A stretch of 64,000 nt of DNA from Perna viridis. Lineage: Eukaryota. Below the pieces are notes generated by a model. It was not told the origin of the DNA and searched no databases. It saw only the letters and a list, made by a program, of their open reading frames with translations. The position numbers and the translations under genes are program-made. The DNA lies in the NCBI GenBank assembly GCA_037379345.1, contig CM074515.1, positions 44,893,743 through 44,957,742 on the forward strand, written 5' to 3'. This document shows positions 1-12,399 of the stretch, piece by piece (the stretch's first letter is position 1; each line of letters starts with the position of its first letter).

Positions 1-1637
1 TGACCTTCTTGTTATGACAAAATTAGTATACATATGTACAATATAAACGTATGATTCGTTTTATAAACTGTAAACGAACATATAAACCTGACTCTTAAGT
101 AAGGTGATTGTAGTAAATGCGGATTCAGAGAGGAGTACAATATTTATCATATCAGTTTATGTGACAATACAGTTTTATCAATGCTTCCTGTTGTATACCT
201 TTGTCCTATACATCTTTGATTCACAACTTCTCCTTTTCACTTTACAAGGTGCTTAATATCCTACACTCACTATGCAAACAACACATAAAAGACAAAGCCT
301 TTGTAAATAAGGCATTATAATCAGGTTCATGAAATGCTTCCCTCCCTATCCGGTTTTCTCGAAATCTGCTCTGCGAAATAAACAAAAGATATGTGTTCAA
401 TGAAATTCAGAAAAAAAATCACTCAGGATATACAAATGACGTCTTTCCACCTGTACATCCTCTAAAACTGCACAGACAAGTTACATTATCGCATTGATGA
501 ATCTCAATGTTTTTCCTTTTAAATGATTTTTGGACTTTCCTATGTGCTGGACGTTGAGTGGTGAGTTGATATGACATAGTAACCTCTGCGCATGTTTTTG
601 TTCTAGTTTTCTAGTAGTGTTTTTTTGTAATGAGGTTTCATATGTATTTTTCCACAATTATCTTTGTTCCGTTAACTATTACGGAATAAAAGACCTTAAT
701 CAGATTATATAAGTTCCTTTATACGTTTGATTGAGTTGAATGTGGTGTCATTTTCTACAGCATGTACACGTGTCCATTACCTGTGCTGGTATTCTATTTT
801 TTCATTATTAATCAAATTTATAACTTGTTTTTTATTAAAAATTTAAATTATACGCACTATTTATGCAATATTTGGTCGCATCTAAGCATTTCTGCTGTCT
901 GGCAATATTTGTGACGTCATTGAAACCTTTGAAATACTTGACCGGAACTACATTAAACTATTTAAAGTCTAAGGTATAATGTTTGCACTTTCATCCCATG
1001 CAATTCTTTTCATCATTTAAAATCAAAATACGATATCACATCAACGTTTCCTTTCCACTTCCTGATCAATATATATTATTTTTTAATAAGTTGATAGATG
1101 ATTAATACATTTTGCTTTGTAGTTTCTTGTATTACTACGCTTTATACTTCTTATATAGGTCGTTTAGTTTAAATAACACGAGAAGCACTGCAGAATATTT
1201 ATTGAAATATAGATAAGTATATATGTAGTAAACGATGCAAATAAAGCGGCAAATTTAAGCAACAATTCTGTCAAAGTCATTTACGAAAGAAACAAAAACA
1301 CAATAAAATCAATTAGAAACAACTATATTCTAGAAAAAAAATTCTTACCGATACTGCATGATGTATAAAATTCAAATTTAAGATCTACTTGCGCTCAAAA
1401 TGTCTGGAAAATTACTGAGTGATAATAGATTTCATGATATTTAAATTCAAAATGTCACATACCCAAGGACTCCGTCTTGTCAAATTTTTGCGCTTTTTTC
1501 ATTGTCACGAAAGGATAAATATTATTTAAAATATGATAATTAAAAACAAAGTTTGCTAGTAAGCAGACAGTTATTCATGATATTTCAAGTAAAAGCAATA
1601 GTTTCAGCGAGAAAGTAATTACGCTACTATCCATGCT

Positions 1638-2625
1638 TCATTGATTCATGACCAGATTGCTATAAACTATCAATGTCCCTTTCTGTTTCATTTCATCAAT
1701 AATAGTTTGCAGGATTTTTGACATGTTCAGGGTTTGTCCTGATATGACAACATTGTCGGTAATACATGTATTATTCTTGAGATCACAGAATTTGTGTAGT
1801 GAGTTCAGTAACCAAGGAATCGGTTTGATCGTTTGAACATGAAAATTAGCAATCTCTAATACCTCGCTTTCATTAAGGTCTCCCCTTTTATTGCTCATAG
1901 GCATCCATTCAGCAAAGTAAGTTTTCAATCCTGTATCATTCATGTACTTTTTACCTTTGTTAAGATTAGCAATGCAATAAATACGACCAAAAACTTTACC
2001 ATCTCCTTCCCAATATTTTTCGTGCTTTGTTCCATTTGTAAGGCAACTTTGTTGGGCACTGAAGCCTAATGTGCCATTCTATTATTATATAAGAGTCATT
2101 CTTGTAACTGCTACTGTCAATAAGGTCCAATCCGTCCGCAGTTTCCTTTGGTGCTCCGAGGTGAAGGATACGTGTACCGTTTTTTCCACCTGTAGCACGT
2201 ATCGCTGGTAATACAGAGGCTGTCCAATTATTGTATTTGTTCGTATCAACTCTCAAACGTCCATCGCAATCGGATTTTGTCAAGTTTGGATGTCCTAGAC
2301 AGTAATTTATACCAAGCTTTGTAAATAGGTTATACGACAGCCTATAATCCTTGTCTTTGAGTTTGGTAGCTAGTTTTCCACCAGTCTATATAGTTTAATC
2401 TGTCATGTTTTGTGGCAAATGCTTCCGCTGTGTGATGAATTCAAGACACCAAAGGATAAAGTCTTTATTATATTTGGTATCAAATGTTAGTGACTTGAAA
2501 TATTTAGTGGTAAAACCATTGCCCACCAACGCTGAGGAATTTTCTGGTTTAAGAGGTGTTAAGCTTGCCTCCTTTGTCAGAATCAAATTATGTAGAACCA
2601 CTATATAAAAGACTGTAACCTTCAT
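1638..2625 (-). pseudogene. GH5 (cellulase-family) glycoside hydrolase pseudogene, copy 1, with signal peptide
   Basis: Fragments join across frameshifts: MKVTVFYIVVLHNLILTKEA (hydrophobic leader), GNGFTTKYFK, YPLVS*IHH, NYIDWWK, YNLFTKLG, IRATGGKNGTRIL, IIEWHI, TYFAEWMP, PIPWLLN. IRATGG(N/K)N and AEW match GH5 barrel motifs. Lesions: about 45-codon deletion near 2460, TGA at 2441-2443, several frameshifts, acid/base position reads Lys. Confidence 0.8.
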
Positions 2626-3122
2626 AGTAAGCCGAAGGTTTTTTAATTGTTCGAAACATACACACTTAGTTTTTATTCCCACAACAAATGTGTGAATAAA
2701 AATGGTAACATTAGAAATCATCATATTTGTTTTTTTTTAATCTTTGAAAAATATCCTTTTTTCAAGTTTTCAATGGCTATGATTCCATTCTACTGAGTTA
2801 TGAAATGTCTTTCGCATTTCTTTGCAATTTTACATTTTCAGTTATATATGTTTACAAATTTTTCGTTCATCGAAGGCAAATGCTTTATCATATCAACCCA
2901 GCTACAGATAAATATTGTGTAGCTTCAATTGTTTATTTTCAAAAAATAATATTGACCAACATTCGAATATTAGCCTGACTATGATCAAACCTACAGATAC
3001 AAAAAAAAAACAAAATATAAAAGTACACCAATACGGAATTTAGTTATCCAATACGAATTTTACCCGTCCAATACGTCATATTGGCCTGCTTGAAAGTTAT
3101 GACGTACGGAGCTATCTAGTCA

Positions 3123-3276
3123 ATAAAGGTATTATTGTGTACGGTTTTCCATATTGGATGATTTATTGGTCCGATGCTAACAAAATTGGACTTCGGCTAC
3201 TCCTAAGTGAAATATCGCTAGCCTCGGACAAATAACTCAAATCAATATGGGAAAACTTATGCAATAGTACTGTTAT
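3123..3276. mobile_element. Foldback non-autonomous DNA element (class uncertain)
   Basis: Imperfect inverted arms of about 35 bp: ataaaggtattattgtgtacggttttccatattgga and tcaatatgggaaaacttatgcaatagtactgttat, plus inner arms. Confidence 0.55.
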
Positions 3277-4161
3277 ATTTTGGTACTTTGCATAAGTCTT
3301 TGACATTTTTTCCCGTCCCATATCACAATTGCAGAAATCATAGAATTACATTTAAGTAAAAAAAACACATTTTACTTCATCTCTTTAAGAAAGAATATAC
3401 ATACAAAGTAAAAAATGTGATTTGATACTATCAAAAATTGAAGCAAGTTATACATACACAGAAAGAAAACAACATCAAATAAGAAAAAATAGAAACAAAC
3501 AGAAACAAATAGAAACAGACAGATTACCTAAGTTCACATGATGTATATTGGAATTAGAAATCATATACAATTATTAAGTACACAAAAATCGTTTTTTTCT
3601 TTTTCTTTTTTTGTTTTTGTTTTTTTTTTTTTTTGGATGTCATTGAAGAATTGTTGAGTTGAGTACTTCAACATAAAAATAATTTAATATATTTCACAAT
3701 GAATTGAATTGACCCTTCCTTTTCATATGATGACAGATCAAAATTATTTTTTGGTTTCGTTGTTGTTGAAAAATACGAGATGAAATGAAAAAAAAATACA
3801 CTTTTCCTTACTTGGTAAATTAAGCATTGAAAGCCATGCAATTACATTTAAACATGAAGCCTTTTTTGTAACAACTGTGTACTGTGTTCTTGTTTGTTAC
3901 AAACCTTCCATTATATGTTTTAAGTCACCTTTTCTTATGAGTTTTGATCGAATAACATAATTAACATGTACGAATTTAGAAGGCCAAAGATGCGACATCT
4001 TTCTAAAATATATATGTTTTAAGGTTAAAAAAATAATTTGGTTGTTTTTAGTCTATTTGCAGTGAATTAAATTATTTTAGAAACGGATATAATGAATGAA
4101 AGACAAAGGTTGATTTATGCGCACCAATAACTTACGAACTTTTATTTCTAAATCAGAGCTT

Positions 4162-4807
4162 GACACAGACCACATTAAGACACAGACCACATTAAGACAC
4201 AGACCACATTATGACACAGACCACATTAAGACACAGACCACATTATGACACAGACCACATTAAGACACAGACCACATTATGACACAGACCACATTATGAC
4301 ACAGACCACATTATGACACAGACCACATTAAGACACAGACCACATTATGACACAGACCACATTATGACACAGACCACATTATGACACAGACCACATTAAG
4401 ACACAGACCACATTAAGACACAGACCACATTATGACACAGACCACATTAAGACACAGACCACATTATGACACATACCACATTATGACACAGACCACATTA
4501 AGACACAGACCACATTATGACACAGACCACATTAAGACACAGACCACATTATGACACAGACCACATTATGACACAGACCACATTATGACACAGACCACAT
4601 TAAGACACAGACCACATTAAGACACAGACCACATTATGACACAGACCACATTAAGACACAGACCACATTATGACACAGACCACATTAAGACACAGACCAC
4701 ATTATGACACAGACCACATTAAGACACAGACCACATTATGACACATACCACATTAAGACACAGACCACATTATGACACAGACCACATTATGACACAGACC
4801 ACATTAT
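4162..4807. repeat. Minisatellite, 38 x 17 bp GACACAGACCACATTA(A/T)
   Basis: 646 bp = 38 contiguous units with no spacers. Only the last base (A/T) varies, apart from two G>T variants. Confidence 0.98.
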
Positions 4808-6065
4808 TAAGCTTAATTGTCCATTACGTTACTGATCTTAAAAAACATGTACAAATATTGCATATGTAGATAAAAAAAAAGCTTTCGTTGGATGGTTTTT
4901 TTTTTGTTGCATTTTGGATCATCTTTTATCAATGGGAGAGACTGAATTAAATATTGATTACTACTTAAATGCATCTGACGTACCTAAGTACTTAATCGGT
5001 GTTTTCTTTTCATTGTATTATGTTTTAATATAATCAGCCTTACAGATGCAAATAGAAAGTAAAACTATCTGATAGCGATGCGTACTAATTTTTTTTGTTC
5101 AGATGAAATTAGTCAGAATTATATTAAAATCTATGATTAACCCACTACTACTTTTCAGATAGATCTTAAAGAAAATGGGTGAAGTTAAAACCAACAAGTT
5201 TCAAATAAGAAGAATGAGATACAAATGCATAGGAATTGTTTTACGAGTTAAAACAACACACACCAAAGTGTTGCAACGAAATTGACTTTTGAGTGAAAAA
5301 GAAAGATGAAGGCAGAAGAAGACCGCTACAGAACAGGAGAAAAAAGAGGGACACCAACTGATGGTAGTTAAGGAGGTGGACAGATACAGCAAAATTAGCC
5401 AACGACATAGATGTTGAGGGGACTTGTACATAGCCCTTATCTCCTCAAAGTGTAAAAGAATTAAGTCAATGAAACGTAAATCATTCTTTGACAGAATAGG
5501 CATTTAAGTGTAAGATATTAAATGTGCAATGAACGGAGCTCCATTTTTAAAGATACATTGTATTTTTTAAATTTGTAAGACTGCAAATTTTGATCAATAT
5601 GATTAATAAAATCTGATCATTTCCGGGGCAGACAAGCTTGACGGGGTTGGTGAATAGTTTCTGGGACATTCGGACCACCAGTAGTGGCATCGACCCATGC
5701 CATTACATAACATTTATTTTGAAGTTATTTGCATTACTTTGTTTCAAATGTATTATCTTTTAAGAGACATATATATCGCTGTCAAGGATATGTACTTACT
5801 ATTTTTTGAATTGGTAATATGAATATAACAAAATATGGAACAACTTGGAAAACCATAAATATTAAAGTACTTTAATTAAGTAAAGCAAGACATAAAAATG
5901 GTAATTGTAGAAAACTTAAAACTATCCTAGAACACTAAAAAATTGCATCTATTGGTTTCTAAATGTGCATATTTTGCATCATTTATCTGATGAAAACCGC
6001 AAAAAAAATAATATATATCAAGGTTTATGAGCAGATAGAACAACAGACTCAGTCCCAATTTGCAG

Positions 6066-6741
6066 GTAAGACAGATATTTATTTTAAAACATGAAAATAT
6101 GGAAAGAGTGCTGAGAAGACGAAATTATTTGCATCAAACTTATCTTATTCATTATGTGATAAACATATAAGCAATCGACTCCTGAAGGAGTCGATTGACA
6201 GATCGAAACTTAACAGATCTGCGTAAATGCAATTTCACTGCTAGTGTTGTGAACACATATGAGGGTGCCTGCAAAAACCATACTGGGGTTGATGAATGGA
6301 AGGGGCGCATAGGGGTTATCTGAGCAAACGTAACATAACAAAAACAAAGCTGAAAAAAGACAAAAACAAAAATCAGTAAGAGAGACAAAAGTGTTCGGAT
6401 TAGCTGTAATTTTTAATAGATTTAATCGAAAATGTATCTTGGTACAATCAACTAATCTAATATCATTTTGCTCCAACTAAGAAACCAGATATCTACGAAC
6501 ATGCGATATCGATGGAGTTTTTCTGCATTCTGTGTTATTTTCCTTTACTTCAGGATTTATGTGATATTATGTATTAATATGATGAACGCACGGTGTATGT
6601 GGTGTATTGTCGCTGATTCATATTTTTAAGCTTTTATCATGTCTTTCGATTCTGATGCTTCTGAATTTGATGCTTTAGTATCTCCTGCATAGCATATTGA
6701 AATACTTACACTGCATTTAAGATGTACCTGCTTTTTTTCAG
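6066..6741 (+). other. Putative 5'-UTR intron of GH5 copy 2
   Basis: Donor GCAG|GTAAGA at 6065/6066. Acceptor CTTTTTTTCAG| ends at 6741, 26 nt before the ATG at 6768. Confidence 0.5.
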
Positions 6742-6767
6742 GTTGCAGTTTCTTCTGTATAACAAAC

Positions 6768-7848
6768 ATGAGGGTAACTGTCGTGTCCATATTGACGATA
6801 TTTGTAAGCATTATTCCGAAACTGATGGCAAGCACATCACCTATTGTACCCGTTGATTACCTTATATAAATGGACCATGGTTTTACGATAAAATATTTTA
6901 AGTCACTCAACTTTAAAGTTTACTACAAACAAAACATAGAAGATGTGTATGACAAAGGATTAAGAAACCTACAACTCAGATGTCGGGCCGATTTAAAAGC
7001 TCTGAACATGACGGTCGTTCTTACCAACCTAGAAACGGTAGTAGACGAATGTCTCAGAGTAGGAGTCTATCCTGTTATATCTTGGATACATCACAAAACA
7101 GAAGCTTTTGCCACTGAATAAGACAGACTTAACTATATAGACTGGTGGAAAACTGTAGCAACCAAGCTCAAAGACAAGGATTATAGACTCTAATTTAATT
7201 TATTTACAGAGCTTGGTATAGATCACTGTGTAAAAGATCCAAATTTGACAAAATCAGATTTTAATGGAAGTCTCCGAGTAGATACTACCAAGTACAATAA
7301 TTGGGCTGCTTCTTTTGTACCAGTTATACGCGCAACGGGAGGAAACAATGGCAACGTATTCTACATCTGAGGCCTCCCACGGAAACAGCAGAGGGACTAG
7401 ATCTGATCAACAGTAACATCTACAATAACAACTCTTATATAATGGTAGAATGGTATATCTATGCTTCTGGGCCGAACAAAGTGGTCTATAAAAATGGAAC
7501 AAAGCATGAAAAATATTGGGAAGGGGATGGAACAGTATTTGGTCGTCAAGCTGTTAAAGACAACCTTAATAATGGGAAACAATTTGAAAATGACACCGGA
7601 CTCAAGACCTACTATGCCGAATGGATGCCTTACAGCAATAAGAGGTGGCATCTCAATGAAAGCGAAGTAATTGAATTCGCGAATTTTTTTTTTTTTTTCA
7701 AGAACTCAAGCCGATTCCGTGGTCTCTGAATTCTTTATACAAGTTCTATGAAAACAAGAAGAGTCAGTGGATTGACTATAACCTCAACATAACTGGACAA
7801 GTCCTCAACACGTCCAGAATCCTCAAAACAATTATAGGCGGAATGTGA
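6768..7848 (+). pseudogene. GH5 (cellulase-family) glycoside hydrolase pseudogene, copy 2, with signal peptide
   Basis: MRVTVVSILTIFVSIIPKLMA leader; HGFTIKYFK; KGLRNLQLRC; GVYPVISWIHH; FNLFTEL (putative acid/base Glu 7209-7211); IRATGGNN; VEWYIYASGP; TYYAEWMP (putative nucleophile Glu 7619-7621); ends GGM* at 7848. In-frame stops at 6867, 7119 and 7191; frameshifts near 7352 and in the poly-T near 7690. Collinear with copy 1. Confidence 0.85.
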
Positions 7849-8599
7849 TATTTGTTCAAGTCTATATCTAACGGAACTTACAATTCTGACTTTACATACT
7901 TTAATTTTTGGTATTTGTAAAGTTTTTATTTATTTATTTATTTATTTATCCATTTTTGTTTGTTAAAGTGAAATACATTTACAATTATACTTTCTTATAA
8001 TTCCGAGAAAACTTTAATATTAAGATATTACACTATACTAAGCAATTCATTTTCAAATAAATTCAACTGCAGATAAATGCATTTATCATTACATATAATA
8101 GATACGAAAATTACACGATTATACGGACGGTGTAAGTAGAATTTTCTGATACACTTTCGTAACCATATTTCAAACTGTAATTCATAAAAAATAGATACAA
8201 TGTGTTAGTTCTGTCAAATTTCCGAACTGTTTTTTATAAATAAACTAAATCACAAAAAAACAGTGACATTTCGTATACAAATCATGGAAAAAAAAAAAAA
8301 AAGATATTACCGGCTGTAATTACATGGCTAATACGTTTTCATTATGCCAGCAAGAATGTCATTCTAAGAATGAAAAAAAGATATATATAGAAGAAATATT
8401 TTTGAACGTAAAACAATAATGCTCTGATAAAATTACATCTAAACTTTCTAGTATTAATATCTAGTCATTACTCTCAATGCAAATAGTACAATTTAGGTAC
8501 ATTTTAGGTTTCTTGATAAACTTGTTTAGAAAAAATATAGAAAACTAACCAAATGACATTGCCTTATTCCATTTAAAATATGACAAATTTACTCAACTA

Positions 8600-9845
8600 T
8601 GAAATAACGCACTTCTTTTGATAAAACTAAAATCCTAAACAACCATAATTCCTTCTCTTCTGGGGGCTTACCATACTTGCACTGGATTCCCTAACTTCAT
8701 AAGAATCCAAACGAAGAATGGTAAATAGCTGGATCTTCAGCTTACTCCGATTTCTAGATTTTTGTCAAAACCTAAAATCCATAAGTTGTTTGGAAATTAG
8801 TTCTCTTCATACATACTTTCGACTTTTTTTACACAGTGTTGCCATATGATACATTCGTTAATCCGTTGCTTATTCGAGAAATTATGTTGTTCTTGGTTAA
8901 AAATCCATATACTTTTCTAAAACATCGCAGAAGGGTTAAGTTTGTTACAAAGAAAACCGGGTATGCAGCATGCTTTATTTCCTGATTGATAACATATATG
9001 TGACATTTGGAGGGGTTATTTTTCAGCAAAAAATTGGCATTCCAATGAACACCAACTTATTTTCATATACATATGAGACTGAATTTCTTCAGAACTTCGT
9101 AAAGAAAAGATATATAAAAGACGATACATCCTTTTAAATTCACATACAGATATATTAATGATGTATTGTCAATTAATAACCCTTATTTGCTAAATAATTA
9201 CCTTCAATATATCCACCAGACCTCGAAATAAAAGCGACTATAGAAACAGCTTTTGCAAATCTTTTTTGGAAATACACCTCAATTCGACAACAGTGGTCAG
9301 CTTAGCACTAAGACCTATATTAAAAGAGACCTTAATTTTATAATTATGAATTATCCTTACCTGTGTAGCAATATACCTTCATCGCCTGCATAAGCTGTTA
9401 GTATTTTATAATTACTAACTACTCTTATTTTCTTGAATGTCATTTGTGTCTGCGTCTCAAAAGGTCTTTTTATCATTTTTTTTCAAATATCAATCCTTGG
9501 TTTAAAAAATACCCAGTTTCTTATAAAACAATAAATAATGATTGCTTTTCACTTATAATAATGTATGCTGATATGACCACAAATTTACCAATTATAACAC
9601 TGACGCATACAGATGCTATTTAAATACCACCGGTATATCCACTCGGCAACGGAAGAGAGGGGTTTAGCGCGCTTTAAAATATAGATTTACGCCACCATTT
9701 AGTTTGAAATGCCTGTACTAAGTCAGTACCATTGCGATACCAGCTGTTCCAATGGTGTTATATCTATTTTGTCAGATTTATTTTTAACATCTCTTGATTA
9801 TGGATCTGATTAGTGCTCGGTACTTTTGTTGCTACCCATATTCAT
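8600..9845 (+). mobile_element. Penelope-like retroelement remnant (RT core, C-terminus and 3' region)
   Basis: LPYLHWIP*LHKNP..IAGSS; TFDF; FLIDNIYVTFGGVIFQQKIGIPMNTN; FTYRYINDVLSINN (YIDD motif decayed); IYPPDLEIK; YPYLCSNIPSSPA. Confidence 0.9.
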
Positions 9846-10819
9846 AATCAGTAATTGTATTTATATTGTTAACCTTTGGTCTGAAGTGTGTATTATAGTA
9901 ATTGTACCTACTGAAATGTTATTAATCAAAAAGATACTCTGTAAATATTTATCATTTGAAGTGTGGTATTTACACACCATACAAACCAACACACGCAAAT
10001 AATGATAATGATAATGATAATACATGTACAACAATGAATAGCTTAAGGTTGGAAAGAAACAATTGTAGCAACCGTTTGTAAAATCAACTTAAGAATGCTC
10101 ACATATATGATTTTAAAGAGAAATAAAGGGAATCAGAATTCAAACAATAGTTTAGAGAAACAAAGAACAACAGAAAAGCAAACAAACAAACAAAAACAAA
10201 AAAACAAAAACCAAAATAAAAACCAAAACGACAACAAAGAGAGGAGTGAAATGTGAAGTTAAACATTATAATCAGGAACACAATTCACATTTAAGTTATG
10301 TTTTATTGGCATTCAATTCTACAAACGTACTCACATGCAGACGATAACCAACCACTTCTATCCGACCTTTCAATGGAAGTCGCAGAACACCTACTTTAAA
10401 ACTTACGTATGGATATGTTAGTAAACAACTTATATAATATTCTGAAAAGCTGTAAACACAGAAATTTTATAAATTTAGCCATTTTCATGTCATTTATAAC
10501 CTATTGACAGAAATACTGTTTTAAGATTTACCATTTTAAAAATGTTGTGTTAATCTTATTTGTTCGTTCTAAATATCTAAATATTCAACGTGATGAAGAG
10601 ACTCGTAGTCAACCAACTCATTCATTATGTTATAACACTTACTACGAATGTCAAATCCGTTGGTCTATTGCATCAAACCTTTCCCCAATTATGATAAGCT
10701 TCAACGAATATAATGATTGTAACGTCTTAATAACAGTACTTCTCTGCATATGTTTATGCATTACCATTATGTAGAGTAGATCTTAATTTCAAAATTAAAC
10801 TTGATTGATTTGTTTTGTT

Positions 10820-11032
10820 TAAATTGCCCACAACTCTCCATGTCAGCACACTAGTACACTAGTGTCTGACTCTAAGCTGAGCAGCCGGTACTCTATCCCC
10901 TAAATTGCCGTGTACTTGGCGAATAAAGAGTTATTACACTTTTCAAAGTATTTGTTATGACTCAACAAGGGATAAACTTCATGACCTCCAGCACACGAGG
11001 CGAGCGTGCTTCCCTGAAACCACCGAGGTTGT
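10820..11032 (-). mobile_element. tRNA-derived SINE (resembles molluscan Meta-domain SINEs), decayed
   Basis: Minus strand starts cctcggtggtttcagggaagcacgctcgcctcgtgtgctggaggtcatgaagtttatccc (decayed A and B boxes), then ttcgccaagtacacggcaatttagg. Family assignment is from memory of the consensus. Confidence 0.6.
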
Positions 11033-11949
11033 TATAGTTAAAATTAAACAAAAAAATGAAGAGCGCAAACACAATTGATTTAGAAACTAATGTCGATTCT
11101 CAAAAGATTTTATGTGTGATCTGACATCTCAATTCAAAGTTTATCATACTGATGTTGCATGATTTTCCAGCTGAATAATGATATTTAAAAGACTACATTA
11201 AAAACTTTTATGAATGTAAAATTGTTATACATTTTTATGTATAATCCAACCCTTAAGTTTACAAATCTTAAAAGTATAAACTTTTTGTGGTTTGATAAAT
11301 CGAGTGAAAAAATATGTGATGTCATCTATACATAAAGATAGAAAATGCAAATCAATATCATATCATCTGTTGTTTATCTGTGTCATGCTGCAAGGTTAAT
11401 GATGGCTTGGTAAAACGACGATTTCTTTAATTTGGATGGATGAACTCTGAAAGAAAATCTGAGGTTGGTGATAAACTTTGATGCCGTCTTGTTATTTTAT
11501 GGTTTCAAATTGGATCGTTCATTATTATTTTATTGTAAATGTTTCTAGTTTCTTTGGAAGTCAAAATGTACTCCTACAATGTTGGTTGTAGAGTATGTCA
11601 CTTTAAAACATGATTTTACTACTAGACACAGCACACCTAGATATGTAGCTGTACGTTTAAAATTTGAATGTGAACACAAAAGACTGGGTTGTGTCAAACT
11701 GATCAAATTTTTAGTCGAAGTAAGATGCTAGTTTAAATCTTAAGTAAGGACATTTAACAGTTAGATACTATTTTAAAAAAAGTTCCTGCAGTTTCCCTCG
11801 TCATGCACTGTTGCAAACGTAAAATGATTATAATAGTAAGGATCATTCAGAGTACAGCAAACCAATGCCATACACGAGTTCATTTCATTCATGTCATATG
11901 AACAGAAAAATACAAGCTGTTTTATTGATATATTCATTGCGATATGCGA

Positions 11950-12150
11950 CATGACCAGGACGAAGACCAGAAAACATACACAAATAATAAAAAACATGAA
12001 ATAATCAAAATAGTACAGAGAAAGTAACAAAAATAAATGAGCAACTCGGACCTCTACTAAAAATTTGGAGCATTGACCAGGTGCGCTGGTAGAGTAAGCG
12101 TCCTCTGCTTTTTCTAGACACACCTACTGGATTACTCATAAAAGTCAAGT
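11950..12150 (-). mobile_element. Penelope-like element 3' terminal module
   Basis: Shares the acctggtc(c)atgctcc...g(a)gttgctcattt core with the copies at 14185, 21236 and 23438. Confidence 0.7.
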
Positions 12151-12399
12151 CCGAGGTAAACGATATAGTAAAGGAAAACTATTACACGTTGACCAAACCA
12201 ATTTTAATTGTATAAATGGATAAATGTAACGATCCACGAGTTCATAATGACGAAGATATGGCCATCCTTATTTAAAGCTTTTATAAATTGACATTTCATG
12301 TATTTTGTGTCTTATCCTGGTCATATGGGCAAAAAAAACCTTAGTGGTAACAATGTGCCAATTCAATTACGCCAAAACCTCAAAACATGTCCCGAGAAG

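Noticed and set aside
2441-2443. Selenocysteine or recoded TGA in GH5 copy 1
   Set aside because: It aligns to TGG (Trp) in copy 2 and the gene has other disabling lesions, so it is an ordinary nonsense mutation.
4162-4807. CRISPR array
   Set aside because: Units are contiguous with no unique spacers, there are no cas genes, and the context is eukaryotic.
1638-7848. Bacterial contaminant contig explaining the GH5 genes
   Set aside because: The genes sit among metazoan repeats, match the local AT content, carry spliceosomal signals upstream and show no operon context.
10588-10680. Hammerhead ribozyme remnant (atgaaga-gac-tcgta-gtc)
   Set aside because: A stem II-like hairpin is present, but the CUGA and GAAA core bases and stems I and III are missing.
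10960-11032. tRNA gene
   Set aside because: A and B boxes are decayed, no cloverleaf forms, and it continues into a SINE body.
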